Below, piece by piece: positions 25,001 through 36,068 of a DNA stretch of 64,000 nt; position 1 is the stretch's first letter, and each line of letters begins with the position of its first letter. The notes below the pieces were generated by a model that was not told the origin of the DNA, did not search any database, and worked only from the letters and a program-made list of their open reading frames with translations. Both the position numbers and the translations under genes were made by a program. This DNA comes from Balanoglossus misakiensis (Eukaryota > Animalia > Hemichordata), in NCBI GenBank assembly GCA_040954595.2, contig CM082598.2, positions 5,037,097 to 5,101,096 of the forward strand, read 5' to 3'.

Positions 25001-26639
25001 AGAATATTACCTGTCTATTAAGGACACCTTTTCCAGTCCCAGAGGTGTCCTTAATAGACAGGTTTCACTGTACTTGAAAGAGAACACTTGACCGTCACCA
25101 TACCTGGCCTAACTTGATGGCCTTCTCTCTGGTCACCTGGCAACCCAGGAGGTGACTGACGGTGAGGAGAAACGAGACAAGCACATCCACCACCTCCATG
25201 CCGCTGAAGCAGTTCTCGTGGGTCTTCATCATCTGGCGTCTTTTCCTCACTTCGATGTTCTCCTTCAAGTGTTGAATGATGTCGTTCCATAGCTGTGTGA
25301 ACCTGAAAGGACCTGTGGGGGGAACAGAAGTTTACTGTAACATTACCTTATTATTGCAATGATCACTTTTCACATAATATCAGTGTTACACACCTCCCCC
25401 TTGCCAGAATATTTTTGGGGGTGGGGATTTCAGTTTGAATGGGGGTTATCATATTTGTCAATTATTTATGTGTATTACCATGGCAGACACCATTTTCAGA
25501 TGGTGCCGGTCACCCCTTGGCCAAATCATGCTAGGGGTGTCAAGGTCAATAGAGGGTGAATTGCCACGCTGCCCCTCTGGACAAAATTCTGTAATATAGC
25601 AGGTTTGAATTGTTCATAGCCATAACTTTTTGACTTGTGTACACTGTGTGTATGGCCGGAAATGCAATTATTGCTAATGTACCTGGTTCATGGCTGAACC
25701 ACCTCCATGGGTGTACTGAGCATGAAGGATATCATAATCTTGTTATTATGCATGACAATGAAGAACGTCGCCTTCTTTTGTTTACAGTCTACACAGTAAA
25801 AAGGTCAGTTTCTTTGTTGAGACAACACAGTGATGTCTGCTATATAAGTTACTGACTTATCGCCGTTCACTTCTGCGTACATGTAACATACAACTATTTA
25901 TTAAAATCACAATTAAGAACCTCAAATGTAAGAATTAAAAAAGATTCTTAGATGGGAAGACTGCAAGCATGTTCTTGCTTGACTGTGTAAATTAATTACC
26001 CAATAATCAAATTTCCTCGTGGGACCTGTAGATTATCAACAAACAGTAGACTTTTTTGTTTTGGTACCTCGAGATCCAAATTTTACCTCATTCGAAATGT
26101 ATTTAGCTCATAACTGAAACATTCTTTTGAGACTGTAACTCGATATGCACTGTTGAACATAAACAACGTAAAACTTTGTTTCAGCCAATCCGTGCTTACT
26201 TGACCTTGTTGTAAATATCTGACCTGGGAATCAGACTCGATAGTAGAGAAAAAGTCGCGTCCGTCACGGTAGACATTACAAAAGGCCTTATGGAGGTTTT
26301 TCATTGCATGCATAAAGCTGCTTCTGCAAAAATCTGCAGCTATAAAAATTCTGAGCTCTGAGTTAAAAATTAAGCTTGTCTTCAATGACAATACGACCTA
26401 CATGAACTATGGACATAGGCCGGACGTACACGAAATACACTACACGATTGAAAACAAAACTTACTAGTCTACGCTTAGGCAGCATGTACCATACCTCCAT
26501 ATAAACATGCCACCCAAAATGTTGAAACGTATTTTCAAACCAAAGCAAAAATTCCAAGTTCAATACCTTTTCCTCCGCTTAGTTCTGAAAGTTTTGTCGC
26601 CCGGTCGCGTAGCGGCTGCACTCCCACCAACGTCGCCAT
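19002..26639 (-). CDS. DEPDC7: DEP domain-containing protein 7/4-like (DEP domain plus RhoGAP-like region), 9 exons, 547 aa
   Basis: Exons 26639-26567, 25312-25104, 24418-24324, 23961-23854, 23341-23157, 22573-22384, 21664-21280, 20303-20102 and 19198-19002 total 1644 nt in frame. DEP domain GPFRFTQLWNDII...HENCFSG..VVDVL...VTREKAIKLGQALM...TFEDSSSHLYRF; C-terminus KKQKLKLLQKHHPQVHSQHF resembles DEPDC7/DEPDC4. Confidence 0.9.
19641..19842. mobile_element. MITE with about 29-bp perfect TIRs, telomere-like TTAGGG/CCCTAA interior and an imperfect 8-bp TSD
   Basis: ggatctggttcacttagtggacacgacta...tagtcgtgtccactaagtgaaccagatcc; flanks gttgactt / attgactt. Confidence 0.75.
20374..20726. mobile_element. 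Kolobok-like TTAA MITE family B (about 350 bp); also at 42782-43131 and partial near 19880-20064
   Basis: TIR ttaa-agggacaaagtctctctc...gagagagactttgtccct-ttaa, with long imperfect subterminal inverted repeats. Confidence 0.8.
24019..24200 (+). mobile_element. Degenerate tRNA-derived SINE fragment in DEPDC7 intron 3
   Basis: A-box-like tagtggcttagtggtc followed by the SINE core-like motif tgtcccctagagcaaggcacttaac. Confidence 0.5.
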
Positions 26640-27122
26640 TTTCGAATTTCGTGCCCTTTATCGAAATCTCGCGAGAAACTCGTTCTCGTTTAGTATCGTT
26701 CGCTGACGCTCATAAGGACCACCGAGGGCGCTCTTTCACGCAAACCGTATACAAATGTACATAGAGTTTAGCACGTAAAAAGACAATTTCTTTTCCAGTT
26801 TACAATGAAAAAATAAATAAAACATGGGCATTGTATTACATTCTATGATTCTATTAGCATGCTTCAATACAGTTCACGATGAAAAGAAAGGAAAGTTTCA
26901 AGAATTCCTTGACAAATTTTAAGTCGGTGGAAATCCACTAAAGACACTATAATATAATGACCAGTTATATTAACGCGGTCAGTGACCAGACAATCTGAGT
27001 GGATAATGTCAATCCGGGAAATCCACAAGGTTAAGTGTGCCTGAATGGATGAATGGCTTTATATACATTGTTGTCACTAAGACGATGTTTTACTGTCCAC
27101 CGTATAAAGAGAAGATAAAAAC

Positions 27123-30100
27123 AAATATAGCTGCAAGCAGCGATGACGGGCACAAGCTTAAGCCGAAGGTCAAAGGTCATATGTGGTCACCCAAAATTTG
27201 GGCAAAAAATTTTGACCCCATACTAGTCCAGGTCCAACAAAAACCAGACCTCTAGCCCTATTGGTTCGCCTAGATTTATATATGCACATAATTAATGAGG
27301 TAAAGTATAAGGCTCCATTAGGAGTTCCATCCCTCCAAATGCCAAGGCTGTAGCTGCTGTGCATGCCGAGATATGGTAAAGTAGGTCAAAGGTCACCTGA
27401 GGTCACCCAAAATTTGGGCAAGAAATTTTGACCCCATACTGGTTCATGTTCAGCAATAACCAAACCTCTAGTCCTATTGGTTGGCCTGGAATTAGGTATG
27501 CACATAATTAATGAGGTAAGCAGGTGTCACAGGTGACCCTCAATTTTGGCTTTTAAATTTTAGTCCCAACCCTCCAAACGCCAAGTCTGTACCTGCTCTG
27601 GATGCCGAGATATAGGAAAGTAGGTCAAAGGTCACCTGAGGTCACCAAAAATTTGGGCAATTTTTTTTTACCCTTTACTGGTCCATGTCCCACAAGCACA
27701 AAACCTCTAGCCCTATTAGTTAGCCCAGAATTAGGTATGCACATAATTAATGAGTTAAGCAGGTGTTACAGGTGAGCCCAAAATTTTGCCTTTTATTTTG
27801 GTCCCATTCTGCTCACGGGCCAATAGAGAGTCACAGTACAGGACCATTGCACAGATGTGGACATAGCATCATAGCTTAACTATAGAAAGTATAGGCCTAT
27901 GGCTGGGTCCAAAAACTATGAAATATAATATTTAAAAATCTTCTTCTCAAAATTGACTTTGCCCAGAGCCTTGAAATTTAGCATGTAGGACACTGACCAT
28001 ATGGTCCGCAAAATGATTGCACAGAATTTTGATATCATCATTCATATGCAAATTAGGCCCATTTGAAAACTTTGCCCATATATGGTCATCAGGTCATGTG
28101 ACTAATTACACATTCACGAGGGTACTGCACGAGCTCTCATAGACCTGCACCATTGTGCCAAGTTTGAGATTTGTAGGTTCAGCCGTTTTCAAGATCTACC
28201 TGAGCAAAAAAACTACACAAGAAAAAAAAAAAATATAGCTGCAAGCAGCGATGACGGGCCCAAGCTTAAGCCGAAGGTCAGAGGTCATAAGTGGTCACCC
28301 AACATTTGGGCAAGAAATTTTGACCCCATACTGGTCCGTGTCCCACAAGAACAAAATCTCTAGCCCTATTGGTTCGCCTACAATTATGTATGTGCATAAT
28401 TAATGAGGTAAAGTGTAAGGCTCCATCAGGAGTTCCATCCCTCCAAATGCCAAGGCTGTAGCTGCTGTGCATGCCGAGATATGATAAAGTAGGTCAAAGG
28501 TCACCTGAGGTCACCCAAAATTTGGGCAAGAAATTTTGACCCCATACTGGTCCATGTTCAGCAAAAATTAAACCTTTAGCCCTATTGGTTAGCCTGGAAT
28601 TAGGTATGCACATAATTAATGAGATAAGCAGGTGTTACAGGTGACCCCCAATTTTGGCTTTTAAATTTTAGTCCCAACCCTCCAAACGCCAAGTCTGTAC
28701 CTGCTCTGGAAGCGGAGATATAGGAAAGTAGGTCAAAGGTCACCTGAGGTCACCCAAAATTTGGGCAAGAAATTTTGATCCTATACTGGTCCATGTTCAA
28801 CAAAAAACAAACCTATAACCCTATTGGTTGGCCTGGAATTAGGTATGCACATAATTAATGAGATAAGCAGGTGTCACAGGTGACCCCCAATTTTGGCTTT
28901 TAGATTTTAGTCCCAACCCTCCAAACGCCAAGTCTGTACCTTCTCTGGATGCCGAGATATATGAAAGTAGGTCAAAGGTCACCTGAGGTCACCCAAAATT
29001 TGGGCAATTTTTTTTTACCCTATACTGGTCCATGTCCCACAAGCACAAAACCTCTAGCCCTATTAGTTAGCCCAGAATTAGGTATGCACATAATTAATGA
29101 GTTAAGCAGGTGTTACAGGTGAGCCCAAAATTTTGCCTTTTATTTTGGTCCCATTTTGCTCACGGGCCATTAGAGAGTCACAGTACAGGACCATTGCACA
29201 GATGTGGACATAGCATCATAGCTTAACTATAGAAAGTATAGGCCTATGGCTGGGTCCAAAAAATATGAAATATAATATTTACAAATCTTCTTCTCAAAAT
29301 CGACTTGGCCCAGAGCCCTGAAATTTGGCATGTAGGACACTGGCCATATGGTCCGCAAAATTATTTCACAGAAATTTGATATCGTCATTCATATGCAAAT
29401 AAGGCCCATTTGAAAACTTTGCCCATATATGGTCATCAGGTCATGTGACTAATTACACATTCACGAGGGTACTGCACGAGCTCTCATAGACCTGCACCAT
29501 TGTGCCAAGTTTGAGATTTCTAGCTTCAGCCGTTTCCAAGATCCTAGTTGGCGAAAAAACTGCGTAAGAAAAAGAAGTAGAAGAATATAGCTGCAAGCAG
29601 CGATGACGGGCACAAGCTTAAGCCGAAGGTCAAAGGTCATATGTGGTCACCCAAAATTTGGGCAAAAATTTATGACCCCATACTAGTCCAGGTCCAACAA
29701 AAACCAGACCTCTAGCCCTATTGGTTCGCCTAGAATTAGATATGCACATAATTAATGAGGTCAAGTATAAGGCTCCATTAGGAGTTCCATGCCTCCAAAT
29801 GCCAAGGCTGTATCTGCATGGGTTGCCGAGATACGGTAAAGTAGGTCAAAGGTCACCTGAGGTCACCCAAAATTGGGCAAGAAATTTTAACCCCATACTG
29901 GTCCATGTTCAACAAAAATCAGACCTCTAGCCCTATTGGTTAGCCTGGAATTAGGTATGCACATAATTAATGAGATAAGCAGGTGTCACAGGTGACCCCC
30001 AATTTTGTCTTTTCAATTTTAGTCACAACCCTCCAAACGCCAAGTCTGTACCTGATGTGGATGCCGAGATATAGGAAAGTAGGTCAAAGGTCACCTGAGG

Positions 30101-30860
30101 TCACCCAAAATTTGGGCAAAAATTTTTGATCCCATACTGGTCCATGTCCCACAAGAACAAAACCTCTAGCCCTAATAGTTAGCCCGGAATTAGGTATGCA
30201 CATAATTAATGAGTTAAGCAGGTGTTACAGGTGAGCCCAAAATTTTGTCTTTTATTTTGGTCCCATTCAGCTCACGGGCCACCAGACTGTCACTGTACAG
30301 GACAATTGCACAGACGTGGACATAGCGTCATAGCTTAACTATAGAAAGTATAGGCCTATGGCTGGGTCCACAAATATGACAAATAATATTTAATAATCTT
30401 CTTTTCAAAATAGACTTGGCCCACGGCCTTGACATTTGGCATGTAGGACACTGACCACATGGTCCGCAAAAGTTGCTAAAAGAATTTTGATATCTCCATT
30501 CATATGCAAATTAGGCCCATTTGAAAACTTTGCCCATATATGGTCATCAGGTCACATGACTTATTAAACATTCACGAGGGTACTGCACCAGCTCTCATAG
30601 GCCTGCATCACTGTGCCAAGTTTGAGATTTGTAGGTTCAGCCAGTTTCAAGATCCTATTGGGCAAAAAAACTACACAAGAAAAAGAAGAGGATGAAAAAC
30701 CCCAGTAATACCAATAGGGCACAAGCCTGCTTGGCTTGTGCCCTAAAAAAACAGGGTAAAACCAATAGGGCACAAGCGCCTGAGGGCGCTTGTGCCCTAA
30801 AAAGATGAAAAACCCCAGTAATACCAATAGGGCACAAGCCTGCTTGGCTTGTGCCCTAAC
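27123..30860 (-). mobile_element. Tandem array (3 units, about 1.1-1.35 kb each) of a non-autonomous Helentron/HINE (DINE-1-like) rolling-circle element with internal 239-bp subrepeats
   Basis: Units start near 27124, 28232 and 29584 with aatatagctgcaagcagcgatgacgggcacaagc (stem-loop plus subTIR). The other end, 30705-30860, has three hairpins of the form tagggcacaag...cttgtgcccta carrying the same subTIR. The subrepeat marker gtaggtcaaaggtcacctgaggtcacc recurs at 27381, 27620, 28489, 28728, 28967, 29841 and 30078. Confidence 0.75.
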
Positions 30861-32436
30861 AACGTGTTTTCATTGTAAGCATAACCCAACCCCAACCGTT
30901 ATACACGTAGTCTTGCATACATACATACATACAAACATACATACATACAAACATAAACATACATACATACATACATACATACATACATACAATGCGATAT
31001 GCCTGAGTAATATCTAAAGTAGGTGATTACGCTTCAAGACGGACTAAGATACAAACACAATGTTATGTCCCCATGGCAACAATGTATTAAGTTCAACCAT
31101 GCAATGGACGCACTAGTCGTTGTAGGTGATCTGTTTACCCAAGGCCGTAAACATATAGTATGACAAGTCTATTTGATTGCAACATTATCCCTTCCGAGCT
31201 CTTTGCGTTCAAACACCCGTGTTAAATTCTAAAGCTCTAACAACGGATCGCATGTTTGTCACACAAAAACACACCTTTCATTTTATACCAGGGAGTCAAA
31301 GTAATAAAGGTACAACGACTTGATTGAGTCGCGGTCCTTCCAACGTAGTGATCAACGCGCGTGATGGCATGCGCGCCCGCGCCCACACCTGTTGCGTTCA
31401 AACGCTTGCTGGTGCATTTCACACTATCAACTCATGCATTCCTTTCTGCAGGGCGAACCAGGTGATTCTAAAGACTCTACTCTGCCCCACCAAGGACCTT
31501 TCGACACCCCTTCACCCTGGCAAAGAATACACCACCCTGCTACACGTCCGAACAAGCCCTCAGAGAGATGGCTGCTGTTTATATCGCTTTATAATGCGCG
31601 TACAACAAAAGGAAATATGATGTGGCCATCGAAGGCTGGGGACGCCTTCACAAAGGCGACTAATCACAATAGCTTAGAGCATAAATAAGACATAGGCATG
31701 TTGTACTCTTGCGATAAGTCCAGTCATCCATCTGATCGCTGGGCACACGGAGCATTTTAAAGACTCGGTCAACACTGAAAGCAAACACTCCAGCCCTGCA
31801 TACCGATAGTGGTGGTTGTCTCGCTGGTGTTGTCAACTGCAACGATTCGCCAGCCAAGTCGAGTCGCCCGCGTGGAACGAAGCAGACACAGAGCTGTCAC
31901 TAAAATACAGAAGGTAAGGCACTTCACTTTTTGTGAACGAGAATAGACTTCGTATTCAGGGCGCCTTCGTGTTCTTCAAATAATTTGTTCGATTCGATTG
32001 CTTGTAATGGTCCGGGTCATTTGGGTTTCCCACTGACGTCTGCGTTGAGACTGATCCGTCAACTGATAGTCGTGCTATCGGACCGACGTGAAACTGAATT
32101 AAATACAGTCTGTAATAATTACACACTGGCAACGTAAACTGTCCGAATAAAATATGTCGTGGAACGGAAATTCTGCAACAGAACCAAATTCGTGACGTGC
32201 GAATTTGTAAATTAATGTTTCCGACAATAGCTGTCCGTCTTGTTTTGAGTTTTTGTTAACGGTAAGCTTTAAAAACGTCTTTATGTGTTTGTACATGGCC
32301 TACTTGACTTACGTGTTCTGTAGTTTTATACCATACAACAGATATACGAGTTGAATTCACACTCAGATGAAATAAAAAGCCCAGTCGTGCTATACACGTG
32401 GCGTAGTGCATATATACTCTTGGAGAGAGAGAGGGG

Positions 32437-32479
<43 letters not shown>

Positions 32480-35067
32480 TTGCGTCTGTAGGTACGTGCA
32501 TATATATACATGTACACACATACATATGCCACATATACATGCATTGTAGATATTTTTTATTCGCGCTGATAGCGTTATGGCGTTGTCATCGATATGCCAA
32601 AGGATTAATTCCAGCAGATAACAAATATATAACATAACATAACAGATAACTTAAAACTGTCAAATAATGATAGTCATATATTGTTGTTACTTTACCATGG
32701 CACTATTGAATCAGCACTATATAAACATTCAACTGCATATTGTGAAAAAAAGATATCGATTCGAGCAACAGTGCAGGTAATATAGTGTGTACACGTGTAC
32801 CTGTTGTTCGGGATGAAATTTGTGTAGACTCGAATACCTGCATTTATTTTGTTTATATTGCAACATAATATGCTTGTACTTATACGTTGTGAAGAAACCG
32901 CGAATCGCAAAAGAGGGACACTTTATTGACACGCGAACAGTCATCTGGGTTCTCACGCAACGCCGCAGTGGCAACTAATTTACTCTGAAGATCACGAGCA
33001 AACTCACCAATCTCCGGTTGCCAGGCAACCTGGAGTGCATCGTTTAATACCGTTACAATACGATGACCCGAGATGGAATAGTTTCGATTTTTTTCAGAAA
33101 GCGTTTCTTAGATGAAAACGCAACTAAAGAGCTGTCGACAGACGAGCTATAAATTGATGAAAATATATTGAATCCTGCCTTCGCAAAGTGTCACCAGAGC
33201 TTCGATCGAGTGTGATGTTTTCGCTCATGGAAATCGGGGTGGTATCGCATAAAAGAATCTGCTTTGGCTATAAACAAATCAAAGCTTCATAGTGTGTCGA
33301 CGATAATAAGCTTATGCGCCCCGGTGTAAGATTTGCTATCTGAATGCACAACATGCAATCTTGTTCTCTAATCAAAATACGTAATAGACTGCAAGAAATA
33401 AATTCACAATGTATGGTAATACGGTTTTCTTCCACCATATACGTGCAAAGTCGGCCCAAAATTTAAGTTAACCCACAGCACACGAGCTAGCAAGAGCCCA
33501 ATCCAAAATTTAAATACAGGCACATGCTTCATGAATAATACTGGAATTCATTTAATTAAAACGTATTACACGTCTTCGAAAATATTTTATTATTCGTCCA
33601 CACACCATAAATTTGCACTGACCAGACCACTTTCTGTTATGTTTATGAATAAATATGATTAAAAACCGTCGACTGGATGAGTTTAACAAAGAAAAAACTA
33701 ACAGCCAATTAATTTTACAAAAACTCATCGCACTTGAAATGAAAGCCAATTTTCTCTGCAAAAAATCATCAAATGAGCTAAAGTTCTATTCACTCGCCTA
33801 TTCTTGTGGACTGTATTCACCCACTGCGTTCATTAGACTCACCTCTCAATACACGCAGAGCGAAATAATTTCACTTAATGACATATAGTGGTTCACTCTA
33901 GCGTAACTTGCTCATTTCACCGCCTTCATAATAAGACCACCAAAACAGTGCTGGGACAGACCGAATTTATTTTATGTTTAACGTAACCCAGAAACTGGAT
34001 TTTAGACTTGACAATCGCCATGAAGTAATGGTATCATTGAAAATGAGAAACTTCTATTTTTCAAAAATTGTGCTATGTTTATTGCAAATCCTGTGGTTAT
34101 ATCACTTCACGGCATATTTGCACTGAAAACCAGACCTGATTCTAAACATTAAAATCACAGGCGTTCCAAAACCGGCCCGGGGTTGATCACACGCTTTCTG
34201 GCTGGAAACCAAGCTTTTCTTGTTACTATATGGTTGGCTAGTTCCCCAGACGTTGTTATTTATATGACAATGATTGGTAATATAGAAAAAATTCTCCGCC
34301 TCTCTGTTTTATTCGTTTCTACGAAAATATATAGACTTGATATTTTAAAGGCAATGAAATGGAAATGATATAGCGTCTGTGCTAGTAAAACGCCCGTTGT
34401 CATAGTAATTCTGTGTTACGTATGGCCGGTGTGAATTCTGAAAACGGCAAAATTAGGTGAAATTGTTCCGAACTAGTTAAACAGGAATGATCTATAGAAT
34501 TCAACACACAATACCCTTTCTTCCTAACTACACGCTGACCTCTCCCGAAGAAAAAGAGTCGTTTAATTTTCCATAAACACCCTTCAGTCTATAAATTTAG
34601 GTGCATGTAATGACGTGAAATTCTTCGATAACAACACGCTAAAGTTGTTATTTATGCGCAGCCACTTAAAAATGCCAGGTGAGGGTGGTATTGTACCAAA
34701 TCAAGAGCGTGTCCAGTTTTCACACAACAAAATCCAACAGGTGGTTTTAAGCGTGCCCAGAATCGCAATCTAAACATGGTTTGTCTTCACAGTTGGTTAG
34801 TTTGCATTGTGTGGAGACAACAACAGAATTAAACACAGCAAACCCCCACTCAGCTGTGACCAGGGGGTTCTATTCCAAAATAACACACAGCTCTTGTTTA
34901 ATTGTTATAAATGTGGGGGATTATATACTTCTTAGGCATTTGGTTTGAAGGTACAGGTATGCCAATCGGCCATTGACTTCTCAAGTGTATACATGTTCAT
35001 GTATATATAGAGAGCTGATTTAATTCATGTTGTACACGCACACACACGCGCGCACAGAAAGAGAGAG

Positions 35068-35071
<4 letters not shown>

Positions 35072-35149
<78 letters not shown>
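35072..35149. repeat. (GA)n microsatellite; others at 32423-32476 and a GA-rich tract at 53467-53545
   Basis: Directly visible. Confidence 0.95.
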
Positions 35150-35150
<1 letters not shown>

Positions 35151-35227
35151 ATCTGTAGAAATATAACACTCGATGTTGGCTTTCTTCCAGACCTCGCCAT
35201 ATCCCCCCCCCCCAAACAAACAGCATT

Positions 35228-36068
35228 ATGTCAGAAGAAGATACAGCGACGTGTAAACATCCCAGAACAAACCTGATTCTTGAAGAACTTCAAGACGGCT
35301 TTGAGAAGACGCTGACGATAAGGTGTACAGCGTGCAACACGGTACAGTTACTGATTTCATAATTATACTACATGTTATGCTATGCCTCAGATAAATTACT
35401 CTTCTCCATCTGTAATAGCACAACCTGTTGCAAAATTTAAATTGCCAAACTTGTACTACCCTTAGGTACTGCCGATTAAATCTTAAACACCACATAATAT
35501 AAATCACCCCATAAATTTATTTCAAAATTCCTTCATTTCATTAATTCCTTTCTTGTGTGAATAAAATGTAGTCAGACACGTTTCTGAGGTCACCAGACGA
35601 TCACAATTTGTATTCAGTCTACATAGTTCAATCCGGATCTCAGAAAATTGCCGTAAATTTTCACGTCCCTTTACATAGTCGCCATGGAAACGTGTGTGGC
35701 GATAAACTATCAATTATCACTGCACGTGAGAGAAACACAAACGCTGAAGGGATGAATAAATTTATCCAGTTTGATTTTTGGGCAACGCTCCGCACTCCTC
35801 GTCTTCCACTGACGCCCTCGCGCGGCAAATTGACTTTATGCTTTTGTTTCACAAGGCCGTCTACGCGCACAGTCGGCGCGAAGTGCCCGGATTGAAGGTA
35901 GACGAGGACACGTACATCGGGGACAAGGAATGGTACGAGAGTTCGAGGGGATTCAACCACAAGAAAGCCAAGAAAATGGGACTCAAAGTTGTCAAGATAA
36001 AGAAAAAACAAGAAAGTGGTGACATTGACGATGAGGAAATAGTTGTGGAAGATGACGACGATGAATAA
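35228..36068 (+). CDS. Unrecognised 108-aa protein with a CxH...CxxC zinc-ribbon-like motif, basic patch and acidic tail (2 coding exons; probable non-coding exon ending 31913)
   Basis: Exons 35228-35341 ([38 protein letters not shown]|gt) and 35856-36068 (ag|[12 protein letters not shown]...[35 protein letters not shown]) join in phase 0. Coding-like composition; an acceptor cag lies just before the ATG. Confidence 0.7.

Noticed and set aside
30705-30860. Three palindromic repeats separated by short spacers, superficially CRISPR-like
   Set aside because: Eukaryotic context, no cas genes, spacers are themselves repeated, and the repeats share the subTIR of the adjacent HINE-like array.
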